This document shows, piece by piece, positions 1 to 9,420 of a stretch of 64,000 nucleotides of DNA; position 1 is the stretch's first letter, and each line of letters begins with the position of its first letter. A program made the translations under genes and the position numbers. The DNA comes from Planctomycetota bacterium (GTDB taxonomy: Bacteria > Planctomycetota > Phycisphaerae > Phycisphaerales > SM1A02), in the NCBI GenBank assembly GCA_022568135.1, contig JADFFQ010000009.1, positions 4,741-68,740 on the forward strand, given 5' to 3'. The notes below the pieces were generated by a model, which saw only the letters and a list, made by a program, of their open reading frames with translations, was not told the DNA's origin and ran no database searches.

Positions 1-113
1 CGCGGTGTTGGCGGCGCTACGCACACGCCCCCCAGTTGGCCAGCAGCGCGAGCAGGTCGAGGATGCCGACGGTGCCGTCGTAGTTGAAGTCAGGCGGGCA
101 GGGCGTCGCGCAC

Positions 114-1754
114 CTACCGGAAGCAGGTGCCGCACGGATTGCCGCCGAGGAACGAGCACCAGTTGGCCAGCAGCTTCGCCAGGTCGAACGCATCCACACA
201 CCCATCAGACACGCCGTCCACCGGTCCTGAGATGTCCGCCAGGGCGAAGTTCGGGGAGGTGCAGCCTTCGCAGGGCGGGTCTACGTCGCCGGGCGGGTCT
301 GGGTCGCTCGCAGCGGAGCACCACGCACCCAGCAGCGTCCCGAGGTCGAACGCATCAACGCATCCGTCGGGGAAGCCGGGGCCGAGCGGACCGGAGATGT
401 CGGCCGGGGGTTCACATTCATCCGGTACACCGTTGCCGTTTCGGTCCGTACTGGCGCCGACGACGATGTCGCAGTCATCAGGGATGCCATTCATGTTACA
501 GTCGGGTGTGACCGCGGCGGCGGGAACAATTTTGAAGACCTTGCCGCCGACTGTGCGGTCGCACAGATAAAGCTCACCGAAGGCGTCCTCGCCGAACGAG
601 GTCACCGAGTTGAGGGGAGGCCCGCCAACGGGCGCAAGCTCGTCTTGGATTTCTCGCAGTTCAATGATGGTCCCGTTGTCGTGCTCAAGCCGCCAGATGC
701 GGCCGAAGAGGTCGGCAAACAGGTAGGCGCCAACCAGATCGGGGATTGCGCAACCGCGATACACATAGCCGCCGATCACCACTGCCGGCGACGCATGCGC
801 GTACTCGAACATCGGGTCTACAAGGGTGGGGTCGGTGCAGTCACAGGTTTTTTCGGCGGTGCAACGGGTGCCCTCTTTACAATCCCAGCCGTAGTTCTCA
901 CCGCCGGCGCTGCTGCCCGGCCGGAAGTTGACTTCCTCCCAGGCATCCTGACCGACATCGCCAATGTACAGGTCGCCCGTCTCGCGATCGAGGCTGCACC
1001 GCCACGGGTTCCGCAGACCATAGGCCCAGATCTCGTCAGCGCCATCAATTCCGACAAAGGGGTTGTCCGGCGGGATGCCGTAGTTCCGGTTCGGGTCGGC
1101 CGGGAAATCGTCACAATCAACATCGATGCGCAGGATGCTGCCGAGCAGGTTGTCGAGGTTCTGTGCGTTGTCACCGGTGTCGTAAGGTTCGCCCCCGCCG
1201 TCGCCGAGGGCGATATAGAGGTAGCCGTCGTTGGGACCAAAGCCGATCCAGCCGGCGTTGTGGTGATTGGTGGGCTGTTCAACCAGCATGACCGGTTGCA
1301 CGCTGTCAGGATCCGCCACGTCAGGATCGGCGCTCACCGCATAGCGCGCAACAACGGTGTCCCCGTCCGGGGTGCGCGTGTAGTTGACGTAAAAGAATCC
1401 GTTCGTCTCGAAATCGGGGTGGAAAGCGAGGCCGAGAAGGCCCTGCTCATTCGGACCGCTCACCACGAGATCGGTCAGATCAAGAAACGGATCATCGAGG
1501 ACCGCCCCATCCTTGATAATGGAGATCCGGCCGAACTTCCCAACCACGAACAGGCGGTTGAAGTCACACGGCGCGTGGGTCAGGAATACGGGAAACCCAA
1601 TGTTCGCGACCAGGACCGTGGTCAGCTGCGAATCTCCGGCATTCAATGCGCCCGCAAGGGCAAGGCAAGGCCCCAGCAGGCCCAGTGGCAATAGACGTTT
1701 CCACTGGTCGGCCATCTTTTCGACCGTCCATTTCACCGATTTGTGCCTCGACAA
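114..1754 (-). CDS. Secreted PQQ-dependent glucose/sorbosone dehydrogenase-like beta-propeller protein with C-terminal dockerin-like repeats. The last dockerin repeat continues in another frame down to nt 17, so the tail appears frameshifted.
   Basis: The motif QGLLGLAFHPDFETNGFFYVNYT is typical of the soluble quinoprotein GSDH family. A Sec signal peptide (MADQWKRLLPLGLLGPCLALAGALNA) follows the upstream Mets; the start is taken at MLSRH or MADQW. The C-terminus reads ...DAFDLAKLLANW, and ORF 17..205 in another frame reads PCPPDFNYDGTVGILDLLALLANWGACA* (a dockerin repeat). Confidence 0.6.
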   Translation of the reverse strand: MSRHKSVKWTVEKMADQWKRLLPLGLLGPCLALAGALNAGDSQLTTVLVANIGFPVFLTHAPCDFNRLFVVGKFGRISIIKDGAVLDDPFLDLTDLVVSGPNEQGLLGLAFHPDFETNGFFYVNYTRTPDGDTVVARYAVSADPDVADPDSVQPVMLVEQPTNHHNAGWIGFGPNDGYLYIALGDGGGEPYDTGDNAQNLDNLLGSILRIDVDCDDFPADPNRNYGIPPDNPFVGIDGADEIWAYGLRNPWRCSLDRETGDLYIGDVGQDAWEEVNFRPGSSAGGENYGWDCKEGTRCTAEKTCDCTDPTLVDPMFEYAHASPAVVIGGYVYRGCAIPDLVGAYLFADLFGRIWRLEHDNGTIIELREIQDELAPVGGPPLNSVTSFGEDAFGELYLCDRTVGGKVFKIVPAAAVTPDCNMNGIPDDCDIVVGASTDRNGNGVPDECEPPADISGPLGPGFPDGCVDAFDLGTLLGAWCSAASDPDPPGDVDPPCEGCTSPNFALADISGPVDGVSDGCVDAFDLAKLLANWCSFLGGNPCGTCFR

Positions 1755-1998
1755 CATGGCTACACCTCCTGCGGGCAGAAAGGCCGCACCGTCGGGGGCA
1801 TCAAGGTGGTGGCCGAATCCATGGCAGCCGCGAGCCTCCTGCGACCTCATCTGAATCGATCGTTACCATCGTACCACGCTGATCGCTGCACCGCAAGAAA
1901 AGAATCGAGGCGAATCACCCGGATTGCGCCCGGACAACCGTATCGACGGGCTGATTGCTCGGAGAACGACGGTTTCGCACGCGGGCTATGATCCGTCG

Positions 1999-3978
1999 AT
2001 GACCTCTCATCTTGAATCCAGTCGCCGGCGCTATCAGCAGTACAAGCTCGACTTCAAGGAAAGCCGGGCAACGGGTGTTGCTGCAGCGGCGGCGCCGTCA
2101 TTGGATTCCATTGTCAAGCCGCCCGGAGCCAGGCAACGGTCGTTCGTAGAACTTCTGCGGCAGTTCTTCGCGCTGCTCAAAGGGCAGGGCTCACGGATCG
2201 CGCTGGCCTTGACGACATTGACGATCGCGACGGTGCTTGGCCTGGTCCCACCCGCTGCAACGAAAGTTGTGGTGGACTACGTATTGATTGACAACCCCCT
2301 GCCGGCAGTGCTCTCCGAACGGCTTCACCTGCCATCGGATCGCCGAGCGCTGCTGGGGACGGTGGCGTTGGGGATCGTTGTGATCTCGCTGGTATCGATC
2401 TCCGTCAGCATGTGGGGTCGCTGGCAGGCGACCAAGACAACGAAGCGGTTGCAGGTGGGCGTTCGCCGCAAGGTCTTCGAGCACGCGGTGCGATTGCCGC
2501 TGCATCGTGTCTATGCGTTGAAGTCGGGCGGCGTAGCAAGCATCTTGCGCGAAGATGCCGGGGGCGTCGCCGAGCTCATCTTCAGCATGCTCTACAACCC
2601 GTGGAGAGCAATTATTCAGCTTACGGGCACCCTGATCATCCTGGGGGTGGTCGATTGGCGGTTGCTGCTGGGGTCGTTGGTGTTGCTGCCAACGGTTTTT
2701 CTAACCCATCGCACCTGGATCGGCCGGGTCCGGCCGCTGTATCGAGATATCCGGGCCACCCGCCAGCACATCGACACCCACGCGACCGAGTCGTTCGGGG
2801 GAATGCGGGTGGTGCGCACCTTCGGCCGGCAACGCAGCGAAGCGGCTCGCTTCACCCGTAACAACCACCTCATGGCCAGGCAGGAGCTCGGCGCGTGGTG
2901 CTGGACGCGGAGCGTGGAGGTGGCCTGGGCAGTGCTGATTCCCGCCGCCGCGGCGCTGTTGTTGTTCTATGGCGGCTCTGAGGTGCTCAGCGGCACGATC
3001 TCCCCGGGCGACCTGGTGATGTTCCTTGCATACCTGGTGATGCTGCTTGCTCCGCTGGCGACGCTGGCCAGCAGCGCGACGCAGTTCCAAAACAGCTTGG
3101 CCGGGCTGGACCGCATCCTTGATCTGCTCGAAGAGCCGGTGGAGATGCCGCCCGCGCCCGGCGCGATCGTCGTCGATGCCCCCACCGTAGCCGGAGGGAT
3201 CACGCTCAAGGATGTCGGCTTCGTGTATCCCGGCTCGAGCATTCGTGTCCTCGACAATATCGATTTGACGGTGATGCCCGGTGAGACCGTCGCACTGGTC
3301 GGCCGAAGCGGCGCCGGCAAGACGACGCTCTGCAACTTGATTGCGCGTTTCTACGATCCGAGCGAAGGTGTCATTGAGCTCGACGGGAGGGATTTGCGCG
3401 AGATCGATGTCGAAAGCTATCGGCGACTGCTGGGAATTGTCGAGCAGGACATCTTCCTGTTCGACGGCACGGTGGCCCAGAACATCGGATATGCCCGCCG
3501 CGGGGTGACGATCGACGACATCACGCACGTGGCTGAACTCGCCCATGCCCATGAGTTCATCACCGAACTTGACCACGGCTACGACACGCTGATCGGTGAG
3601 CGCGGCGTGCGGCTCAGCGGCGGGCAGCGCCAACGACTGGCCATTGCCCGAGCGATGTTGGCCGATCCTCGCATCCTTATCCTGGACGAGGCAACGAGCA
3701 ACCTCGATACCCAAAGCGAGCAGTTCATCCAGGCGAGCCTCGCCGCGCTCATGGAAGGGCGCACCACCTTTGTGATCGCGCATCGCCTCAGCACGATCAT
3801 GCACGCCGATCGCATCGTCTTGTTGGAAGCCGGCCGGCTCCTCGACCACGGCACGCATGAACAGCTTCTGCAACGAAGCGAGACGTATCAACAAATGGTG
3901 TTCATGCAACTGCAAGGCGCGGCGGCCGCGACGCCGGCCGAGTCGTTTGTCGGGCCCGCTTTGCGGACCAGTTTGTAG
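1999..3978 (+). CDS. ABC transporter, fused permease/ATP-binding protein (MsbA-like type I exporter).
   Basis: Six TM segments at the N-terminus. Walker A is GRSGAGKTT, the signature is LSGGQRQRLAIARA, and Walker B is ILILDEAT. An alternative upstream start lies at 1924. Confidence 0.85.
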   Translation: MTSHLESSRRRYQQYKLDFKESRATGVAAAAAPSLDSIVKPPGARQRSFVELLRQFFALLKGQGSRIALALTTLTIATVLGLVPPAATKVVVDYVLIDNPLPAVLSERLHLPSDRRALLGTVALGIVVISLVSISVSMWGRWQATKTTKRLQVGVRRKVFEHAVRLPLHRVYALKSGGVASILREDAGGVAELIFSMLYNPWRAIIQLTGTLIILGVVDWRLLLGSLVLLPTVFLTHRTWIGRVRPLYRDIRATRQHIDTHATESFGGMRVVRTFGRQRSEAARFTRNNHLMARQELGAWCWTRSVEVAWAVLIPAAAALLLFYGGSEVLSGTISPGDLVMFLAYLVMLLAPLATLASSATQFQNSLAGLDRILDLLEEPVEMPPAPGAIVVDAPTVAGGITLKDVGFVYPGSSIRVLDNIDLTVMPGETVALVGRSGAGKTTLCNLIARFYDPSEGVIELDGRDLREIDVESYRRLLGIVEQDIFLFDGTVAQNIGYARRGVTIDDITHVAELAHAHEFITELDHGYDTLIGERGVRLSGGQRQRLAIARAMLADPRILILDEATSNLDTQSEQFIQASLAALMEGRTTFVIAHRLSTIMHADRIVLLEAGRLLDHGTHEQLLQRSETYQQMVFMQLQGAAAATPAESFVGPALRTSL

Positions 3979-4249
3979 GGTCGGCTGTACGGGCCAGTCG
4001 CGCATAGCACGTAAGACGAAAGGTCCGCGCACCAGCCCCTACGGCTGAGGGCCGCCAGTCGCCGGCATGTCCCCGACAGCCTCGTTCCCCGCTCTCGGAA
4101 GAAGTGCCAGGCCCACTCTCCGCATTATCGGTGTCTCAATGTTGGCTGTCTCGAGGAAAAGTCCTTCCCGACGGTTCCCGAATGGAGTACGATTACACGG
4201 CCTGGGAGGCGAATCCCTGAGCAATCCTTGCGGGAAAGGCGGTGGAGAC

Positions 4250-5677
4250 ATGAAGTACAGAATCTTTCTTGGGTTCGCTGCTCTGGCTGGCACGGCGATT
4301 CTTGTCGCCCAACTGAACGCCGGGGAAGGCGCCGGCAATTCGACCGGACCCAGCGGCGGTGGCGCTGTTGGGACGGCGGATAACGATGTCGGCGGCGGCA
4401 TCGCCGGAGGCGGGCCGGACGTGGTCTACACAAACGTGGGCAGCATTTCCAACTATGGAGCCATTGGTGGTATCCGCGGCTACACGCTGGGAAGCTTCAC
4501 CTGCAACATCGGTGATCAGGACCTGCTGTGGACCAGCAACGGCACGCCCGGTCTGGCGATGAACGCGTACCGGCTGCACGACGGCCGGCTGATGCAGATC
4601 GGCATGTCCTGGGTCAAGCACGCCTGCTGTGCCTTCGCCACCGGCGGTTGTGGCCTGGCCTGCAACGGGCATGGCGGCAATGTGCTCGGGGCGGGATGTC
4701 GCGACGTGTACAGCTCCGTGTGGAATGCCATCCAGAGCAGACTCGGGCCGCGCTCCGGGATTGATCCCTACTCCGGTGCGTTCTCACCTATTCCCGGTGG
4801 CGGGGGCGACGCCATCTTCAGGAGGCTGCAGATCGCAGAGTCCGACCTTGACGCCAACATCTATCCGGGGGCCCTGTACTTCGTCGAGGGTGTGTACGTC
4901 GGCACCGACGATGCGCAGTACGGCAACTGGCTCAACAACGCCTCCTACAAGCGGGTTACCGTGGGCGGTGATTTCTCCATGGTCGAAACGGGGCCGATTC
5001 AACTGACCATCCCCGCGATCTTCGCCTGGTATGATCACGGCAACGGCCCGAACAATCCCGACCCTTCGGTCGTGACTGTCAATGTCGATGTGCCCGGCGA
5101 GGGCCGGTTTGTCGTTAGCGCTAAGGCCAGCGACAGCGGTGACGGCACCTGGCGATACGATTACGCGGTCTTTAACCTCAACTCGCACCGTAGCGCCGGG
5201 GTATTCAGTGTGCCGATCCCCTCCGGGGCGATTGTCAGCGGTGTCGGTTTCCACGATGTGGACTATCACTCCGGCGAGGTCTACGACACCGCCGACTGGA
5301 TCATGAGCGTCACCGACACTGAAGTGACCTGGTCGAGCCCGGAGACATTTGCGGAGAACGCGAACACCAACGCGCTGCGCTGGGGGACGATGTACAACTT
5401 CTGGTTCGAGGCCGATGTTCAGCCGGTTGAGGGAGAGGTGACCCTCGGGCTGTTCCGCCCGGGGGCGCCGGGGGTTGTGTCAGCCACGGTGTCGGTGCCA
5501 GGGAGCCTCTGCTCGGCCGACCTCGACGGCGACGGCTCCGTGGGGATCCTCGACTTGCTGGCGCTCTTGGCGGCCTGGGGCGCGAACCCCGGGCACCCAG
5601 CCGACTTTGATGGCGATGGCACCGTCGGCATCCTGGACCTGTTGACCCTGCTGGCCGACTGGGGGCCGTGCCCCTGA
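4250..5677 (+). CDS. Secreted hypothetical protein with a C-terminal tandem dockerin-like tail.
   Basis: Signal peptide MKYRIFLGFAALAGTAILVAQLNA with GGAGA upstream of the ATG at 4250. The C-terminus is DLDGDGSVGILDLLALLAAWGANPGHPADFDGDGTVGILDLLTLLADWGPCP. Confidence 0.6.
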   Translation: MKYRIFLGFAALAGTAILVAQLNAGEGAGNSTGPSGGGAVGTADNDVGGGIAGGGPDVVYTNVGSISNYGAIGGIRGYTLGSFTCNIGDQDLLWTSNGTPGLAMNAYRLHDGRLMQIGMSWVKHACCAFATGGCGLACNGHGGNVLGAGCRDVYSSVWNAIQSRLGPRSGIDPYSGAFSPIPGGGGDAIFRRLQIAESDLDANIYPGALYFVEGVYVGTDDAQYGNWLNNASYKRVTVGGDFSMVETGPIQLTIPAIFAWYDHGNGPNNPDPSVVTVNVDVPGEGRFVVSAKASDSGDGTWRYDYAVFNLNSHRSAGVFSVPIPSGAIVSGVGFHDVDYHSGEVYDTADWIMSVTDTEVTWSSPETFAENANTNALRWGTMYNFWFEADVQPVEGEVTLGLFRPGAPGVVSATVSVPGSLCSADLDGDGSVGILDLLALLAAWGANPGHPADFDGDGTVGILDLLTLLADWGPCP

Positions 5678-5998
5678 GACGCGACACCGGCCGAGGCGCT
5701 GCTGGGTGGTGAGGGAGGGTTAATCTGGGCCGAGGCCGCCCGAAACCGGCTTTTTGAGATTTATGCGCTTGGATCGCTCGGAGATCGTGTATATTCATCC
5801 TTGGTGACGTCTCTACGGGTCCTGTCGAGGTGTGCCTGCATGGCTGGGCAAGAGGGGAGATAACGGTTCTCCGCCCGGCGAAGGGGCCCAGGCAAAAGCC
5901 CCCGGGGGGGCAGGCCGGCATCTCGGAAGATGAGCACCTTCGGCCGTGGTGTGAGCCGCGGCATGAGACCGCTTGGGATATGTAAGAGGAGATTAAAA
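5540..5998 (+). repeat. Copy 1 of a duplicated unit (dockerin tail plus about 320 bp of intergenic leader); copy 2 is at 6720..7177.
   Basis: Near-identical sequence runs from the dockerin coding region through the stop codon to the start of the next gene (compare 5641-5998 with 6821-7177 by eye). Confidence 0.8.
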
Positions 5999-6859
5999 AT
6001 GAGAAGTTCAGCATTGAGAACCACCCTTGGCCTTGCCGGCGGTCTTGTGATTGCTGTGGCAGCCAACGATGCTGTGGCCGGGCCAACCGGCGCGTGCTGC
6101 ATCGGCAAGATCTGCGTCATCGTTACCGAGGACGCCTGTGCTGTCCTGGGCGGAACCTACCAGGGTGACTTGACGAACTGCGAGGGCGGAGGAGCACCGG
6201 TCACCTATGAGTCGTTCCCGAATGCGCCGCTGCCGGACAACAATCCCGCGGGTGTCAGCGACACCATCACGGTGCCGGACTCGGTGGTCATCACCGATGT
6301 CGATGTCGCTCTGCAAGTGACGCACACCTGGGTCGGCGATCTGTGCGTGACCCTTGTGCATCAGCCCACGGGCACAACGGTGGACCTGATCCAGCGCATG
6401 GGCGAGGCAGGCGGATGCCATTCCGGCTTTCCCTTTGGCTGCGCTGCGGACAATTTCAACATCGTCCTTGACGACGCGGGGGCCGGCGGTCCCATCGAGA
6501 GTCAATGTGTGTTCAATCTCTCCTCACCGCCGGGCTACGCTCCCAACAACCCGCTCGCGGCGTTCAATACGCTCGACTCGGCCGGGGACTGGACCTTGAC
6601 CGTGAGCGACAATGCGGGCGCCGATTTCGGGACGTTTGACAGTTGGGCGCTCATTATCACAAGTAGTGGGCCCGGCGCGTGCGAATCATTATGCGCTTGG
6701 GATCTGGATGGGAGCGACGATGTCGGCATCCTCGACCTGCTGGCGCTCTTGGCGGCCTGGGGCCCGAACCCGGGGCACCCAGCCGACTTTGACGGTGATG
6801 ACAACGTCGGCATCCTGGACCTACTCACCCTGCTGGCCAACTGGGGGCCGTGCCCCTGA
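5999..6859 (+). CDS. Secreted protein made of a proprotein-convertase P-domain and a dockerin-like tail.
   Basis: Strong SD (AAGAGGAG) before the ATG at 5999. Signal peptide MRSSALRTTLGLAGGLVIAVAANDAVAG. P-domain motifs are HTWVGDLCVTLVHQPTGTTVDLIQRMG and GDWTLTVSDNAGADFGTFDSWALII. The C-terminus is DLDGSDDVGILDLLALLAAWGPNPGHPADFDGDDNVGILDLLTLLANWGPCP. Confidence 0.7.
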   Translation: MRSSALRTTLGLAGGLVIAVAANDAVAGPTGACCIGKICVIVTEDACAVLGGTYQGDLTNCEGGGAPVTYESFPNAPLPDNNPAGVSDTITVPDSVVITDVDVALQVTHTWVGDLCVTLVHQPTGTTVDLIQRMGEAGGCHSGFPFGCAADNFNIVLDDAGAGGPIESQCVFNLSSPPGYAPNNPLAAFNTLDSAGDWTLTVSDNAGADFGTFDSWALIITSSGPGACESLCAWDLDGSDDVGILDLLALLAAWGPNPGHPADFDGDDNVGILDLLTLLANWGPCP

Positions 6860-7177
6860 GACGCGACACCGGCCGAGGCGCTGTTGGGTGGTGAGGGAGG
6901 GTTGATCTGGGGCGATGCCGCCCGAAGTCGGCTTTTTGAGATTTATGCGCTTGGATCGCTGGGAGATCGCGTATATTCATCTTTGGTAACGTCTCTCGGG
7001 TCCCGCCGAGGCATGCGTGCATGGCGAGGCAAGAGGGGAGATAACGGTTCTTTGCCCGGCAAGAAAGTCCGAGGCAAGAGCCCCCGGGGGGCAGGCCGGC
7101 ATCTCGGAAGATGAGCACCTTCGGCCGTGGTGTGAGCCGCGGCATGAGACCGCTTGTGATTATTGAGGAGATTGGAG
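6720..7177 (+). repeat. Copy 2 of the duplicated dockerin-tail plus leader unit.
   Basis: See copy 1. A conserved block with a TATATT-like box and a TTTTTGAG run is present in both copies. Confidence 0.8.
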
Positions 7178-8218
7178 ATGAGAAGTTCAGCATTGAGAAC
7201 CACCCTTGGCCTTGCCTGCGGTCTCGTGATTGCCGTGGCAGCCAACGACGCTGTGGCCGGGGAGTGCCCGGGCGCCGGCGACTGCTGCGTCCCCAACGGA
7301 ACGCCCGGATGCGATGATGAGGTGTGCTGCAGCGCGATCTGCGCCAATGATTCGTTCTGCTGTGACGTGTCATGGGACTCGATCTGCGCAGACGCGGCGA
7401 ACGCCGATGCTGTCAATTGCCCGCAGTGCCAGCCGGTTCCGTCCGGCGCCTGCTGTATCGGCACGGATTGCGTCGTCGTCACCGCAGACGCCTGTTCTGC
7501 CAAGGGCGGAAGCTACCAGGGTGACTTGTCGAAGTGCTTCAGTGGAGGAACACCGCTCACCTATGAGTCATTCCCCCATGCGCCGCTGCCGGATGACAAT
7601 GCCGCGGGTGTCAGCGACACGATCACCGTGCCGGACTCGGTGACGATCACCGACGTCGATGTCGGTCTGCAAGTGATCCACACCTGGGTCGGCGATCTGT
7701 GCGTGACCCTTGTGCATCAGCCCACAGGCACAACGGTGGACCTGATCCAGCGCATGGGCACCCCCGGCGTATGCCATTCCGGCGGTCCCTTCGGCTGCGC
7801 TGCGGACAATTTCAACATTGTCCTTGACGACGCGGGGGCAGGCGGTCCCATCGAGAGTCAATGTGTGTTCAATCTCTCGTCACCGCCGGGCTACCACCCG
7901 AACAACCCGCTCGCGGCGTTCAATGCGCTCGACTCGGCCGGGGACTGGACCTTGACCGTCAGCGACAATGCGGCTGCCCTTCTCGGGACGTTTGAAAGTT
8001 GGTCGCTCATCATCACGAGTGGCGGAACGAGCGCGTGCGATGCATCATGCGCCTGGGATCTGGATGGGAGCGGCGATGTCGGCATCCTCGACCTGCTCGC
8101 GCTGCTGGCCGCGTGGGGTCCGTGCGAGGCACCCTGCCCGCCGGACTTCGATGGCGGCGGAACAGTCGATATCTTCGACCTGCTCACCCTCATATCCAAC
8201 TGGGGATTCTGCCCGTGA
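7178..8218 (+). CDS. Paralogue of 5999..6859: a P-domain plus dockerin secreted protein with an extra Cys-rich N-terminal insert.
   Basis: Same signal peptide and leader as 5999..6859. The insert reads CPGAGDCCVPNGTPGCDDEVCCSAICANDSFCCDVSWDSICADAANADAVNCPQCQP. The same P-domain motifs follow. The dockerin tail is diverged and ends FDLLTLISNWGFCP. Confidence 0.7.
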   Translation: MRSSALRTTLGLACGLVIAVAANDAVAGECPGAGDCCVPNGTPGCDDEVCCSAICANDSFCCDVSWDSICADAANADAVNCPQCQPVPSGACCIGTDCVVVTADACSAKGGSYQGDLSKCFSGGTPLTYESFPHAPLPDDNAAGVSDTITVPDSVTITDVDVGLQVIHTWVGDLCVTLVHQPTGTTVDLIQRMGTPGVCHSGGPFGCAADNFNIVLDDAGAGGPIESQCVFNLSSPPGYHPNNPLAAFNALDSAGDWTLTVSDNAAALLGTFESWSLIITSGGTSACDASCAWDLDGSGDVGILDLLALLAAWGPCEAPCPPDFDGGGTVDIFDLLTLISNWGFCP

Positions 8219-8257
8219 GCGATCGGTCAAGCGCTATCGACGACTATCGATGACCCA

Positions 8258-8288
8258 AAGCCCAGGGAAAGCTTACCCTGGGCTTTTC
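8258..8288 (+). terminator. Rho-independent terminator hairpin.
   Basis: The sequence aagcccaggg-aaagctta-ccctgggctt forms a 10 bp perfect stem, followed by ttcaa, immediately after the stop of 7178..8218. Confidence 0.5.
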
Positions 8289-9306
8289 AATCTGCTCCGA
8301 CAGCGCCGCGCCACATTCCACCCCGCGCAAGCTCTGCTTCGGCTGCGAGGTGCCCAAAGGCCGGCCAAGCGGAGCCGGACGCGATTTCTTTGAAGATTCC
8401 CAACGCCTCCTTTGTCCGGCCGTGGATCAGATGCCACGCCCCGAGGCCGTAGGCGATCGTGGCATCGTTGATCGCATCCGAGGTCGGAGCCGACGTGTCC
8501 CCACGCCGCTGGGGGCTGAGGGCAGCGAGGCTGTGAAGCACCTGCTGCGGCGTCAGCTCCCCCTTGTACAGCAGCAGCAGCTTGTGGTACGCAAAGTTCT
8601 CGATGATCTCCATATCGGCGGTGATGTGTTCGAGCACTGCCCCCGCTTCATCGTCGCGACCCAGCCTGCCAAGCGTGAGATAGAGCCAGTAGCTTGTCGC
8701 GCAGCGCATGTCGTTGTTCGTCGCGAAGTCCATACACCGGCGATAGGCCCCAAGAGCATTCTCAAACTCACCTTTGAGGTAGTGCGCGAGTCCGAGGTGG
8801 TAATAGATATTGCTGTGACTGGTGCTGGTGGGGATATTCCGGCGGTTGGGCAGACCATCCGGCTCGATCTCATCGGGCCGGCCCTGGATCAGCTCGGCGG
8901 CGCGACTGAGGTCGCCGATCGCGTCATCGAATCGGCGCAGGGTGATGAATCGATGCCCGCGGTGTCGTCGCAGTTTGTAGCTGTTGGGATACTCCGCCAG
9001 GCCGTCGCGATAGACGGCGATCGCATCGTTATACCGACCCAGGTATGCCAGCCGGCGGCCCAGCCAGGTGATGTTGGCCTCGTCGCGCGGGTTCTGCTGG
9101 TATTGCGCCCTGGCCTGGGAAAGCTCATCTACGCGCCTGGCGCGCGTTTCGGAAGAAAGTTTCGGCTCGTATAAAAGTTTACCGAGCAGCGACGTCGCCT
9201 CCGGCGTACTGCAACCCACGATAGCGGCCATCAACACAGGCAGGATGAGCCGTATCCTCGGTGAGGCCGCTGGGGTACGCATCTTCATCAATCCGTGGGC
9301 CTTCAT
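8287..9306 (-). CDS. TPR-repeat lipoprotein.
   Basis: Lipobox PVLMAAIVGC. Multiple TPR-like units (LGRRLAYLGRYNDAIAVYRDGLAEYPNSYKLRRHRGHRFITLRRFDDAIGDL). The 3' end may be shorter than the ORF, since the ORF runs into the terminator hairpin. Confidence 0.55.
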   Translation of the reverse strand: MKAHGLMKMRTPAASPRIRLILPVLMAAIVGCSTPEATSLLGKLLYEPKLSSETRARRVDELSQARAQYQQNPRDEANITWLGRRLAYLGRYNDAIAVYRDGLAEYPNSYKLRRHRGHRFITLRRFDDAIGDLSRAAELIQGRPDEIEPDGLPNRRNIPTSTSHSNIYYHLGLAHYLKGEFENALGAYRRCMDFATNNDMRCATSYWLYLTLGRLGRDDEAGAVLEHITADMEIIENFAYHKLLLLYKGELTPQQVLHSLAALSPQRRGDTSAPTSDAINDATIAYGLGAWHLIHGRTKEALGIFKEIASGSAWPAFGHLAAEAELARGGMWRGAVGAD

Positions 9307-9420
9307 TCGTTTCAATAGCCCCGCACGGGAGTGCGGGGTTCCCGCGGGCATTCACCCGCGGCAGTCAACGCGATCAGCCTACGCGGAGCTGGACCGCCGT
9401 CAAGCTTCGCGGCGTCTTGG

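Noticed and set aside
645-1694. 349-aa plus-strand ORF opposite the PQQ-dehydrogenase-like gene.
   Set aside because: Antisense to a gene with strong family motifs. Low-complexity, R/V/A-rich.
2701-4032. 443-aa ORF antisense to the MsbA-like ABC exporter.
   Set aside because: Arg/Ala/Gly/Pro-rich composition with no motifs. It lies opposite a gene that has clear Walker and signature motifs. Typical high-GC antisense artefact.
5680-5998. The conserved leader upstream of the P-domain genes was considered as a riboswitch or sRNA.
   Set aside because: No known riboswitch consensus was recognisable by eye. The conservation may simply reflect a recent tandem duplication. It is kept as part of the dockerin-array finding and not called as an ncRNA.
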